Translations under genes and position numbers: made by a program
The notes under the pieces: generated by a model
Told to the model about the DNA's origin: nothing
Databases searched by the model: none
What the model saw: only the letters and a program-made list of their open reading frames with translations
Shown: positions 51,301 to 60,847 of the stretch, piece by piece
Numbering within the stretch: position 1 is the stretch's first letter
How the letters are laid out: every line of letters starts with the position of its first letter
NCBI GenBank assembly: GCA_963804995.1
Contig: CAWDSK010000006.1
Coordinates: 1,856,001 to 1,920,000, forward strand
DNA: 64,000 nucleotides
Direction of reading: 5' to 3'
Source: an uncultured Acidobacteriota bacterium
GTDB taxonomy: Bacteria > Acidobacteriota > Terriglobia > UBA7540

Positions 51301-52232
51301 CGCTCCTCGGAGATACCATCATTGGGGCTGGGGGGAGCACGAATTACAACGCCCTGCAGGTTTCCCTTAAGCATCCGTTCTCGAACGGGTTGACGCTGCT
51401 GGCTAACTACACGTGGTCCAAAGCAACCGGCCTCAACGGTGGCCCCGCGGGAACCTCCTTCGCGGAATCAGAGTTGTCAGACTATGGTGGTGTGGCGACA
51501 TGGGGCGGAGTTGACTACGGTAACCTAAATAACAACCGTGGCTTGCAATCATTCGATATCACGCACCGCTTCGTAGCCGCGGTAGTCTATGAATTGCCCT
51601 TTAACAAGGGCCAGGCGCTCGCACCCGGCAACAGCTTCGCCCGTGCCCTGGTCAGCGGGTGGCAACTTGCCCCTGTGGTGACTTTGCAAAGCGGAATGCC
51701 CTGGGGACCCAATTGCGGCGGCATGAGCGGGCGCTGTAACATTGTGGCCGGCGAACCGGTGACTGTGCCGAAGAACCTTCAACACTGGTACGACGGCAAT
51801 ACGTCCGTCACGCTTCCTGATGGGCGCTCCATCACACCAGCGGCGAATACTTACCTCCTGTATAACCCGGACCGTTACACCGCTCCGATCGTCCAGTTTC
51901 CAAATGGCACGTACGCGGTGGATCAATATTGGTACGGGCAGACGGCGAAGTACCAGCCGGGGTTGCGCACCCCCTGGTACGCCAATGTGGACCTTTCTAT
52001 CCAACGCGAAATCCCCATCCGGGAAAGGCTGCGGCTGCTGGTGAGGGCGGACGCCACCAATGTCTTCAACCGGACCAGCTTCTACCCCGGTGCGATGATC
52101 GGCGGCGGCGGCGCCGTGACCGACTCGGGCTCCTCTGCCTTGGGCCTGAACTCGAATATCTCTACCGGCAGCTTGAACCCCCAACTCTACGACCCTAGAA
52201 TAATCACCTTCTCGGCCTATCTGAAGTTCTAA
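48318..52232 (+). CDS. TonB-dependent receptor, Oar-like, with carboxypeptidase regulatory-like N-terminal domain
   Basis: ITGIVTDVSGALVPNATV, TKSGTN, YSQNEWKVTNKLTLNLGLRWE, C-terminal YLKF; start uncertain. Confidence 0.92.
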   Translation: MTPEALAPFIRERETRLIFKTPRVLIINNANLGKLRCYNFLAALLGICLTAGMGMSQIRSSVITGIVTDVSGALVPNATVMVRDQLTNLTYPSKTNGAGQYTVPYLPEGRYSVTVTAEGFQTYVKTDIVLETATTMRVDAALTVGAVSTTVEVKANAAALQTENGTVHGTVNAQFIDAIPNTNRNPLLYAGLVAGVVPDAEAKDAVFLGIGHGNRQALSAIHMNGSIEGSNDITMDGVSVQGAGWHEMAVMPDTDALQEVRVTTNTFTADTGSAQGVIAMGTKSGTNTLHGDLYYYLRNEALDAAGMYNNLYGFKKPAYRLNQGGGSIGGPVIIPHLYNGKDKMFFFVNFMRLTHSDPLRLVATVPTDLQRKGDFSQTMIPGVSGQPEHVNLYNPFLATPYNGSTTVVQRPIYAGALIPAAGSGPGSMNPYGQKILQAYPEPNATPDAFGNNNYHFNGTTPEFRNALSARWDYRLGQKNSLYATGGFSIAASTPPNAWGPSNQFSNNNGNVTNSVGIVSDHNPYGSLGDVITLNPTTVIDVHYGFTRISSLSGTPNRGWTDYTQWGMPADLLPLISAYGEAMSVGSWGWGGPITQLNFDSWTHKNEHQNNHDIVGNLTKVAGRWTFKAGAEYRVYLSNWQDLEQSTPLLNTADVGNASTAQYANIDGTGSSLNIDPAQQGLPFVDLLTGVAGFSLDPGCGTILALAAKYFALYSQNEWKVTNKLTLNLGLRWEVQPGPTERFNRLANIDLNAPSPYQAASYLNPQGGLGLVGFAATSGHPRNMWNTQWGNVSPRLGAAYQLNNETVLRGGFGRSYYNSNTGFNANGLIYGQVPFSGGVESIPYGLTPNGLPIGTFDQPQNSLAFGGLGAVQTPYIYGNAQGSCCGWFPQNHPNSYVDQWNFFVERSFGRAWTLSAGYVGSHGSNLIWRGFHLNGTYQVPQSTLMDYRAGWIASNGTDDPAQAQVPNPLPALIGKTPGPIGNTTIPAIDLHLPWLALLGDTIIGAGGSTNYNALQVSLKHPFSNGLTLLANYTWSKATGLNGGPAGTSFAESELSDYGGVATWGGVDYGNLNNNRGLQSFDITHRFVAAVVYELPFNKGQALAPGNSFARALVSGWQLAPVVTLQSGMPWGPNCGGMSGRCNIVAGEPVTVPKNLQHWYDGNTSVTLPDGRSITPAANTYLLYNPDRYTAPIVQFPNGTYAVDQYWYGQTAKYQPGLRTPWYANVDLSIQREIPIRERLRLLVRADATNVFNRTSFYPGAMIGGGGAVTDSGSSALGLNSNISTGSLNPQLYDPRIITFSAYLKF

Positions 52233-52452
52233 CAGTCTGGCGTGTCGCTTTGCGACACCCGGGGCTGGCGCAGACTCCCGATTTTGGGAGTCTGCGCCAC
52301 CCGCTGATCACCTCCGATAACGGGCCGCAGTTTATCGCGCGTGTCCAAAATAATGAATACGGGGCGAGCAGGTAGCGCGTCTATAACGGCATCGGCGTTG
52401 TCAAGGGCTTTTTGGGCAACACGACTCCTCCGCTAGGGGCACCCCTGGTGGG

Positions 52453-53782
52453 CATAAGCGTTAACCTAAGAGAATCGGATACCGGCTCCTGGTGCGCGGG
52501 GTGTCCGCCATCAGGCAGGTGATGGCGTGCCAGCGACGCAGGACCGTGGCGAGACTTCGGGGCAGCAGTAGCGCCGTGCGCACTTGCCGGTACATGAATT
52601 CAACCTCGCGCCAACGGCTCCGGCGCGGCTGCCAAGGAGTACCCCCAGGGGGAAAATGCACTCGCCGTGTCCACCCTGTGTTCGATCAGCAGTCCGACGA
52701 AGAGCTTGCCCTCCCGCCACGCCTGAGAACTGAGCGGATCGGTTTTGGGCAAATGACCGAGGCCCAAGATGGATTTCATCCGCTTAAACACCCGTTCAAT
52801 CTGCCAGCGCAGCCGATACATCTCCAGGATCAATCGGGCCTCGGGATCGGTGCGCAGCGTCGTCCAAACCAGGAAATAGTGGGTGAATTCCCGCGCCTCC
52901 TCCGCCAGGGTGCGGTGTTTGTGCTGCGCTTCTCGTTGCTGCCGCCGGAATTGGGCATCGGCCGCTTCCGCACTTTGCCGTAGCGCGACCAAGCGTCCCG
53001 CCGTCCATCCGCCCTGCGGGTTTTGAACCTGGGCCTCCCACTGGCGCGGCGATTTACCCTTGAGCGAGCGCAGTAGTGGCAACAAAGCCAGTCGCCGTCC
53101 GGCGTGATCAAACAGCGGCAACGTGCCGCGGTTCACTCGCACCAGCACATCGGCACCCGCGCCCACCACGTGCGCGATGCCAGGAGGGCTGGCATACACC
53201 CGGTCCCCCATCAGAATGTCCCCGGCCACCACGGGTACGCGCCGGAAGGTTTCTCCCCCCTGCCGGATGTCCGTCAAGGCGAAAAAGTCGCACTGCAGGT
53301 CGGCCACATTCACCGCGTAATGAACCTTCCAGTCGGCCCCCCTGGCCCCCGGCTCGCAAACCGTGGTCGCGTCCACCGCGCGCCACCTTCGACCCCGCGC
53401 GGGCAGCGGCAGCAGCGCCCCTCCCCGCATTTGTTGCGCCAGCCAACGCAGCCAGGGCTCGGCGGCCCGCAACCGCTTGAATACTCCCACCGCACTGATC
53501 TGTGCCAGGCCCGCCGTCGAGGCGCGCGCCGCCGTCTCCGCCAACGAACAACCGCTGGCCAAGTGCAGCAGCAAGATGCGCAGCACGGTGGCCGGCTCCT
53601 GGATGTAACGTGCCCGCCGCAGCGCCCCCAACTTCCGCGCCTGTTCATCCCATCCCACCGGCAAAAAACTAGTCAGTACTTCCCAATCCTCGAACTCCCC
53701 CAGCGATGCTTTCGTCTGCCTCATGAGCCCCAAGCATACAGCCCTTGCCACGAAAACTCAAATTCTTAGGTTAACGCTTATG
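52453..53782 (-). mobile_element. IS4-family insertion sequence
   Basis: Inverted termini cataagcgttaacctaaga / tcttaggttaacgcttatg enclosing a DDE transposase. Confidence 0.88.
52600..53724 (-). CDS. IS4-family DDE transposase
   Basis: AVDAT, MGDRVY, YRLRWQIERVFKRMKS (Y-R-E-K motif). Confidence 0.88.
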   Translation of the reverse strand: MRQTKASLGEFEDWEVLTSFLPVGWDEQARKLGALRRARYIQEPATVLRILLLHLASGCSLAETAARASTAGLAQISAVGVFKRLRAAEPWLRWLAQQMRGGALLPLPARGRRWRAVDATTVCEPGARGADWKVHYAVNVADLQCDFFALTDIRQGGETFRRVPVVAGDILMGDRVYASPPGIAHVVGAGADVLVRVNRGTLPLFDHAGRRLALLPLLRSLKGKSPRQWEAQVQNPQGGWTAGRLVALRQSAEAADAQFRRQQREAQHKHRTLAEEAREFTHYFLVWTTLRTDPEARLILEMYRLRWQIERVFKRMKSILGLGHLPKTDPLSSQAWREGKLFVGLLIEHRVDTASAFSPWGYSLAAAPEPLARG

Positions 53783-53975
53783 CCTATAAGGGGTGCCCTG
53801 AAGTCGGCCCTGCCGACGGGGGGGGTAGCCACGGACAATGCATCTCTGTCCGTGGGCTTTTCCTTTGATACCAAAACCCCTGGTCAATTGTGGCTGTGGT
53901 ATTGCGCGTGAGAAAGGCCCACGGTCAAGAATGCGCTGACCGTGGCTACCAGAGCGTAGGGGCACCGAAGATTAG

Positions 53976-53996
53976 ACATGACCAACATGGTCATGT
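53976..53996. promoter_or_regulatory. Palindromic operator upstream of the phd-vapC pair
   Basis: acatgacca-aca-tggtcatgt. Confidence 0.6.
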
Positions 53997-54013
53997 TGGG
54001 TTATCATGGCGGT

Positions 54014-54302
54014 ATGCGTAGAGTAAATATTGGTGACCTGAAAGCTCGAACTCAGCGCCCATATCCAGCGCGTACGGCGGGGGGAGGAGGTGCTGGTGTG
54101 CGAGCGCAACAAACCCGTTGCAAGAATCGTACCGATTCGCCTCGAAGACCTTTCCGAGCAGGAACGGCGGCTGGTGGCGCGTGGCATTCTGACGCCTCCG
54201 CTAAAAAAACGGTCCGGACCCGTGGCGTGGCCGGAGCCTCCGGGCAATGTTCCCGGTAAGGTCATGGAGCGGTTATGGCGGGAAGAACGCGACAGCCGGT
54301 AA
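54014..54302 (+). CDS. Phd/YefM family antitoxin, frameshifted near 54050
   Basis: MRRVNIGDLKAR + LSAHIQRVRRGEEVLVCERNKPVARIVP. Confidence 0.8.
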
Positions 54303-54734
54303 CGCGGGTTTCGGCCTTTTGGGATGCGAGCGCGCTGGTCCCTCTCGCAGTGCGCCAGGCCATCACGCCTCGGGCCATTGCCTTGTACAAAAGTCACGGC
54401 GTGGTGGTCTGGTGGGCAACTCCGGTCGAGATCGCGAGCGCTCTGGCGCGCCTGGTGCGAATTAAGCAACTCAACTCCGGCGACTGGGTGACGGCTCGCA
54501 AGCTGGCGAAAAACCTCGCGGACTCGTGGTCAGTGGTCCAGCCGTCAGACAGCCTTCGCACCAAGGCGGCACAACTTCTGGAGCGCTATGACTTGCGGGC
54601 AGCAGACTCCTTGCAGTTGGCGGCGGCGCTCGAAGTGGTGCGAGGATGCGCCCCACGGCCGTGTCTTTCTGACCGCCGATCAGAGGCTACGAGAAGCGGC
54701 ATTGCTCATCGGCTTCGATGTAAGTCGGATGTAG
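54299..54734 (+). CDS. vapC: PIN-domain toxin (VapC), frameshifted near 54633; start uncertain
   Basis: FWDASALVPL, VEIASAL, LRAADSLQLAAAL + WCE..FLTADQRLREAA..GF. Confidence 0.8.
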
Positions 54735-54839
54735 TAACGACCCACCAGCCGCGGCGAATCCGCTTATGGCTCCCCACTGACTGCTAAACACCCCCAGGTA
54801 GCCACGGAGTCGCCGCGGCGACACCGTGGCTACCATCTC

Positions 54840-54946
54840 GTAGGGGCGCCCCTCGTGGGTGCCCTGTGGTCGGCCCTGCCGACGGTGAGGGCAGGCACGA
54901 CCCGTCGCCCGAAGGCTCTGGGCCGCAGGGCGAGGCCTGCCCCTAC
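54840..54946. repeat. GTAGGGGC REP doublet; empty IS4 target family (related copy ~56046-56100)
   Basis: gtaggggcgcccctcgtgggtgccct ... ggcctgcccctac. Confidence 0.8.
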
Positions 54947-55022
54947 GAGCGGGCAGCGGGTAGTCACCGGCGTGATATAGTTGGCCGCGGTAGTTTGAAC
55001 TCATATTGGAAAAGGTGAACAC

Positions 55023-56015
55023 ATGGACAGTAAGAAACCCAGTAGCGACGAGAACTCCTTTTCGGAAAGCAGCCGGCGTGATTTCTTAAAGACTGCCACC
55101 ACCGTGGCGGCAGGCCTGGCGGTGCCGAAGGTGCTTGAGGCCGAAGCCGATGGCGCGCTGCCCACGGTGAGCCTGGGGCCCCACCGCGTTACGCGGTTGA
55201 TTGTCGGCAGCAATCCCATCCGCGGGTATTCGCACTTCAACCCGATAACGAACCAGCAGATGGTGGAGTGGTATACGGATGAGCGCGCCGCGCAACTGCT
55301 GCTCAACTGCCAGAAGGCAGGCATCAACACCTTTCAAGCGAGCTACTTTCAGGATCGCTGGGAACGGATCTGGGACCTCTTTCACAAGAAAGGCGGTCAC
55401 CTTCAGTGGATCTACCTGACCTCGGCCGCCGACCTCAACCCGCAAGCACGATACACCACTCCCGAAGCGATTCGCGATGGCCAAATCACCGCCATCAAGA
55501 CGCTCGTGAAACACAAGCCCATCGCCATGGTCCACCACGGCGGGCACACGGATTCTCTCTGGAGGGCCGGCAAGCTCGAGTACCTCAAAACCTATATCGA
55601 TAAGGTGCACGATCTTGGATGCCTGGCGGGAGTTTCCACCTCCAACCCCAAAATTCTGACCACGCTTGAGGAAGAGGGATTCGAGAACGACTTCTATATG
55701 GCGGGGCTGCATTTTGTCGACCGCCGCCCCGAAGAGTGGATGAAGGAAATCGGCACTGTTCCCGTGGATGAGGGCTGGATTGCCTCCGACCCTCCGCGCA
55801 TGGCCGAAGCCGTCCGCCAGGTCAAGAAACCGGCTCTGGTCTATAAGGTTTTGGCAGCCGGCCGCAAATGCCAGTCTGAAGAGCAGAAACGCGAGGCGAT
55901 CGCCTGGGCCTACAAGAACATCAAGCCAACCGACGCGGCCATCATCGGCCTTTACCCGCGGTATTCCGACCAAGTCACGGAAACCGTCAAGATGATGCAA
56001 CAGGCCCTGGCGTGA
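55023..56015 (+). CDS. Tat-exported hypothetical protein, aldo/keto-reductase-like fold
   Basis: SRRDFLK; LPTVSLGPHRVTRLIVGSNP; YKVLAAGR. Confidence 0.72.
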   Translation: MDSKKPSSDENSFSESSRRDFLKTATTVAAGLAVPKVLEAEADGALPTVSLGPHRVTRLIVGSNPIRGYSHFNPITNQQMVEWYTDERAAQLLLNCQKAGINTFQASYFQDRWERIWDLFHKKGGHLQWIYLTSAADLNPQARYTTPEAIRDGQITAIKTLVKHKPIAMVHHGGHTDSLWRAGKLEYLKTYIDKVHDLGCLAGVSTSNPKILTTLEEEGFENDFYMAGLHFVDRRPEEWMKEIGTVPVDEGWIASDPPRMAEAVRQVKKPALVYKVLAAGRKCQSEEQKREAIAWAYKNIKPTDAAIIGLYPRYSDQVTETVKMMQQALA

Positions 56016-56556
56016 AGACGCTTCTCTTGAGCCGGTAGCCATCTCGTAAGGGCAATCCTCGTGGGTGCCCTGAAGTCGCCCTGCCGACGGTGAGGGCACC
56101 CACGCCCCGTCGCCCGAAGGCTTGGGCCTGCCACCCGAAGGCTTTGCGCCGTAGGGTGGGCCGCGCTTTTGCCACAATACATTTGCTCACAGGCACACGA
56201 AGAACCGCAGACCTCAACGGCGGAGGTCTGCGCTACGCCGCGGGTGGCCCTCACGGGCCCCGGTGGTAGCACAGCCACTCCTGGCTCTGACAGACAAACA
56301 TCACAGGCAGGAGTGCCTGTGCTACAAAAGCGGGAAGCGCAAAGTCTGATGCTTTCGTGTGTGTTGACCTTGACACTGTGCGGTACTAGCATAGAACTGT
56401 TCGGGCTTAATCCATCCAGCTCGGGAGGCCGCTTATAGACGCAGACCAGCAGCCCGAACCCCGACGATTCGAACGCGTACCGAGCAGAATCTCCGTCACG
56501 CTGGCCCTGCAAAGCTAGAGTTGGAATCGGAAATTGCAGTTGAATGAAGTTGGGCA

Positions 56557-58248
56557 TTACGTAACACTCCCCCCGTAGCCCCCTGAGCCGAAGGATGGTC
56601 CGAACGTTCCCGCTGGCTGTTCGGCTGTGAGTCTCCGCGATTCGGCCTCTAACTCGTTTGCGACATCCTGCGCGTATTTTATGAAGTGATGTCCTGAAAG
56701 CAGAATTGCAAATCCCATGCCCAACTTCGGAGGGTTCCGGAACCAGCGCGTGAGGATCTGCAGCAGGAACTTCCAGTACTGTCTCCGATAGGACGAGAGG
56801 ATGCCTTGGTGGAAGACGGAGCGAACTAGAATGCCAAGCATGAGCGAGAACGAAGAGGAAGAGGACGTCGCTTTCTGCTCCGCCAGTGTTTCCCACTGGA
56901 GAAGCGAACGATAACCCCGATTGTAGAATGCTGACGGAGAATAAAGGGAAAGGAGCGTATCGCGCAAACCCCGCAAGAGGACAGGGAGCGGGAGGAGGGT
57001 TTGAAAATTGGGCGGGTTGAAGTTGTTGCCCGTGTTTTCCACCAGTAATCGTCCCTGTTCCAACATTCGATCGTGGAGGGGAGTTGTGGTCAGCGCTTGC
57101 AGGAAGCCGAGCATGGCCCAGGGAAGGGCTGCGCTCTCAATGAATTCTCTTTGCCGTTCGAAGATGTCCTCCGTATCCGAATCGAAACCGATAATGAAGC
57201 CTCCCGTCACCCAAAGGCCTTGACTCTGGATGGAGCGGATCGAATCGAGCTGATTACCCCGCAGATTTTGGTATTTCTTGGCTTCCGTCAGGGACTCTTC
57301 GGAGGGACTCTCGATCCCGACGAAGACATAATAAAAGTTCGCCCTGACCATGGCTTTGATCAACTCCGGCCTCTCGGCGAGATCGATCGAGGCTTCGGTG
57401 TAAAACAAGAATGGAAAATCGTGAGATTTCTGCCACTCTTCCAGGCTCTGGGCCAATTCGAGAGCGCGCTTATGGTTGCCGATAAAATTGTCGTCCACGA
57501 TAAAGACTAAGTCGCGCCAACCCAGCTCAAACAGGGCATCGAGCTCCGCCAGCAACTGACGCGGAGACTTCGTTCGCGGCTTCCTTCCATAGAGGGTGAT
57601 GATGTCGCAGAAGTCACACTGGAATGGACAGCCCCGCGAGAACTGAACCGCCAGGGAGGCGTACTTGCTGATTTGGAGCAGATCAAACCGCGGGACCGGC
57701 GTCTTGCTGATATCGGGCTTGTCCTTAATAACGTAAAGCCGCTTCGCGGAGCCCCGCTCCAGATCAGTAGCGATTCCATCGAAAATCTCATCGGGCTCGC
57801 CGACAACTACATGGTCCGCCAGTCGAAGCAGAACTTGCGGTTCACTACTTGCGTAAGGTCCCCCAATCATCGTTCGCTTGCCAAGGGCCCGGGCCCGGAG
57901 GAGCGTCTCACGAATGTCCTCTTTCTGGACGGCCATGCCGCTGACCATAACGAGGTCGGCCCAAAGAAGGTCCCTGTCCAGCAGATCTTCAAAGCTTCGA
58001 TTAACCAGCTTCAACTTCCAGTTCTTCGGACAGAGCGCGGCTACGGTGAGCAGACCCAGAGGGGGATGGATGGTTTTTTCCGGAATGAGATCCAGCATTG
58101 CTTCAAAGCCCCAGAAAGAAGGCGGAAAGCGTGGCCATACCATAAGAGCTTTGATCGCTGCACCGAGAGGAGGAAAGCTGAGCGGATCGCCGCGGTCCTC
58201 GGTTAGCACCGAGGGGGGTGGCTCCTGGAAGTCCGCCGCCTGAAACAT
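56557..58248 (-). CDS. B12-binding radical SAM protein (HpnP/DUF4070-like)
   Basis: PPLGLLTVAA, GGPYAS, SRGCPFQCDFC, VDDNFIG, FIIGFDSD. Confidence 0.9.
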   Translation of the reverse strand: MFQAADFQEPPPSVLTEDRGDPLSFPPLGAAIKALMVWPRFPPSFWGFEAMLDLIPEKTIHPPLGLLTVAALCPKNWKLKLVNRSFEDLLDRDLLWADLVMVSGMAVQKEDIRETLLRARALGKRTMIGGPYASSEPQVLLRLADHVVVGEPDEIFDGIATDLERGSAKRLYVIKDKPDISKTPVPRFDLLQISKYASLAVQFSRGCPFQCDFCDIITLYGRKPRTKSPRQLLAELDALFELGWRDLVFIVDDNFIGNHKRALELAQSLEEWQKSHDFPFLFYTEASIDLAERPELIKAMVRANFYYVFVGIESPSEESLTEAKKYQNLRGNQLDSIRSIQSQGLWVTGGFIIGFDSDTEDIFERQREFIESAALPWAMLGFLQALTTTPLHDRMLEQGRLLVENTGNNFNPPNFQTLLPLPVLLRGLRDTLLSLYSPSAFYNRGYRSLLQWETLAEQKATSSSSSFSLMLGILVRSVFHQGILSSYRRQYWKFLLQILTRWFRNPPKLGMGFAILLSGHHFIKYAQDVANELEAESRRLTAEQPAGTFGPSFGSGGYGGSVT

Positions 58249-59131
58249 ATCGCCCTTCCCACGTGTATCCCGCGGCTTTCACATTATGGGTGCGCGGTCA
58301 TTTGAGCGGGGTCGAATACCATTAGCCGGAATTTGCATTTTGATTTCCCCGCCCAATCGGTAACATACACCCGGCCGCCTCTGAATGGAAGGTCCCGAGT
58401 TTCCAGTGCTGGGTGCTTCCACCGACCACGGAAGGGATCAGTTTCATATCGAAGGTTCGTTGGAAAGAGTACATCTCGGAAATCTGGGCTTATGGGGGAA
58501 CCCATTTCCATTATGCAGCAGCGAACGGGAAAGTAGACCTGACAGTGAAGAATATCCGGACTCGATCAGCCCGCCATGGCCTGACGGGCAGGCTCGGATG
58601 CGATGTCAATGTGGGGGGAGCGTGCATCGAAAGTGTTGCGATGGATTAACCAGCGAGCGGGTAGCGCAAAGTCTCGTGCGTTCCGAAACTCTGCGGCTCT
58701 TCGTTTGTTGGGTGCGACCGCCGATCATCGCTTTATGGCCTCCAGGGAAACAAGATTAGCACTTCAGGTGTCAAAGCCATGTGCTAATAATACAGTGCAT
58801 GTTTATCATAATATTAAGAACCGCACGGCACTGCGCTACCCGCTGCCTGTGCTACAAGAGGCTAGCCAGCGACATGAATCGCATAGCTGAGCTCGCTATG
58901 CGCCAGCCGGCTCGATATTCCCGTGACCGCATACATGCCAAAATGCGGCACGTATGCGCCCCCCGCGAAAACTGAAGTCAGGAATTCTGATTGAAGCGCG
59001 AACAGAACCTTGATAGGGTGGCGGGGACTGGTCGGGAGTTGATTGCGGAACGGACGCAATTGATTCGCCGTGGCGAGTACTGCGGGCTTTCTTTGCGCTT
59101 CTCCTTCACCCCGACTCATGGGAGGCTTACT

Positions 59132-60151
59132 ATGTCTGATCTTCATAATCGTCGCGACTTCCTGAAAAACTCGGCGCTGGCCGCCCTGGGCGGTGCCGCC
59201 GCGCTGAATAGCGGAGAAAAGCCGGTCCTGGCAGCGCCGGCCGGGGACACAACCATCACCATGCCCAAGACCTTTCATAAGGGTCTTCCCACGGGCAAGC
59301 TCGGAACTCTCGATGTGACGCGCTTGTTCCTGGGGTGTAACCAAGTGAGCGGTTATTCGCATTCCCGCGATTTGAATTATGTGGGGCGCCTGATGAAGGA
59401 ATATCAGACGGACGACCGGGTCCTGAACACCTGGCAATTATGCGAAGAACAAGGCATCAACACTATACTTTCCGACCCCTTCGAGAAACCGGTGCGGCTC
59501 ATGAAGCGGTATCGCAAGGAACGGGGCGGGAAGATTCAATGGATCTCGGAGGTCCATCCCGAAAAGTATTACTACGATATCCGCCTGGCCGACATGAAGG
59601 AACACCTCAAGCAGGTCCTCGACAATGAACCCAACGCTCTTTACGTGCAAGGCGGGGTTTGCGATTCCTTTGTCCACCGGGGCCTGCTGGATGAGCTGGG
59701 TGAAGCCCTGGAACTGATGAAAAAGTCAGGCCTGCCTTCCGGCCTGGGGGCTCATTCTGTGGAGAACCCCAGGGCTTGCCTGAAGGCGGGTATGCAGCCC
59801 GATTTTTTCATGAAGACTTACCACGCGGAGGATTACTGGTCCGCCACCCCTCGAGCCCAGCGCGTTGAGTACCTCGTGGACGCACGCAGTCCCGACAATC
59901 ACGACAACATCTGGGATATCAGGCCCGAAGCAACCCGGGAGCTGATGGCTGGCGTCCAGAAGCCCTGGATTGCTTTTAAGGTGATGGCGGCGGGAGCCAT
60001 TCCCCCGGAAAAGGGTTTCCGGTTTGCCTACCAGGGTGGAGCCGACTTCATCTGCGCGGGCATGTTTGATTTCCAGATTGCCCAAGATGTGGCGATTGCC
60101 AAGAAGATCCTGGCTGAAAACTTGGACCGAACGCGCCCCTGGCTGGCCTAG
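59132..60151 (+). CDS. Tat-exported hypothetical protein, paralogue of 55023-56015
   Basis: NRRDFLK; LPTGKLGTLDVTRLFLGCN; FKVMAAG; GGAGG RBS. Confidence 0.72.
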   Translation: MSDLHNRRDFLKNSALAALGGAAALNSGEKPVLAAPAGDTTITMPKTFHKGLPTGKLGTLDVTRLFLGCNQVSGYSHSRDLNYVGRLMKEYQTDDRVLNTWQLCEEQGINTILSDPFEKPVRLMKRYRKERGGKIQWISEVHPEKYYYDIRLADMKEHLKQVLDNEPNALYVQGGVCDSFVHRGLLDELGEALELMKKSGLPSGLGAHSVENPRACLKAGMQPDFFMKTYHAEDYWSATPRAQRVEYLVDARSPDNHDNIWDIRPEATRELMAGVQKPWIAFKVMAAGAIPPEKGFRFAYQGGADFICAGMFDFQIAQDVAIAKKILAENLDRTRPWLA

Positions 60152-60847
60152 CTTCCGCCAGTCAACGTTGGGATTGCTGGTGTCGGGCGGCGGTGCTGGG
60201 CGGTTCGAGCTTCGCCGAGTAAGGAGCTGGTAGCCACGGACAGTGCTCTTCTGTCCGTGGGTTCTTCCTTTGATACCAAAACCCCTGGTCAATTGTGGCT
60301 GCGATATCGCGCAGGAGAAAAGCCCACGGTAAGGAGGGCTGACCGCTACCAGATAGCCGACAGCCACCCCCCGCAGAGACTTTTTACTTTTGCCTTTTGC
60401 ATTTTGCCTTTTGCCTTGCCCTTGCGGCTCTGCCGCGCTGCGCTGCCCAGATCCCCAATTACACAAACTCATTTTTGGCCTGGGTGGACAAGCCCTTGCG
60501 GGCCGGGCAAGCCATTTAGCCTCTACCAGATGTGGGGGCTCCCCCCCGCTTGAACCCGTCATGTTGTGGTTTTCCCTTTACAAGGCCCATCCGGTATGCT
60601 AATTATGCAGCGAACTCTTCGGGGGGCCTCGCGCCAGGTTTTTTGTACGCGCCAAAGCGGATGATTGTGTCCAGGTGGCACGAGCTCGCGTTGGGATGCC
60701 TTGGTTGGCCTGAACGCGCCAGCCGCAAGGGCGTTGACTCGCGCTTTGTCGCCGGCTTTACTCAGGTGCCCACGATGCCTCAGGCTTTCAGAAAGAGACA
60801 ACCTCAGGACCTCAAGCCTCCGATAGCTTGGGCAGCAGGAGTGCAAT

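Noticed and set aside
58250..58650. Cobalamin riboswitch or small gene upstream of the radical SAM gene
   Set aside because: Only vague similarity, no clear B12 box; short ORFs lack recognisable motifs
58991..59131. N-terminal extension of the 59 kb protein
   Set aside because: RBS and Tat motif indicate a start at 59132
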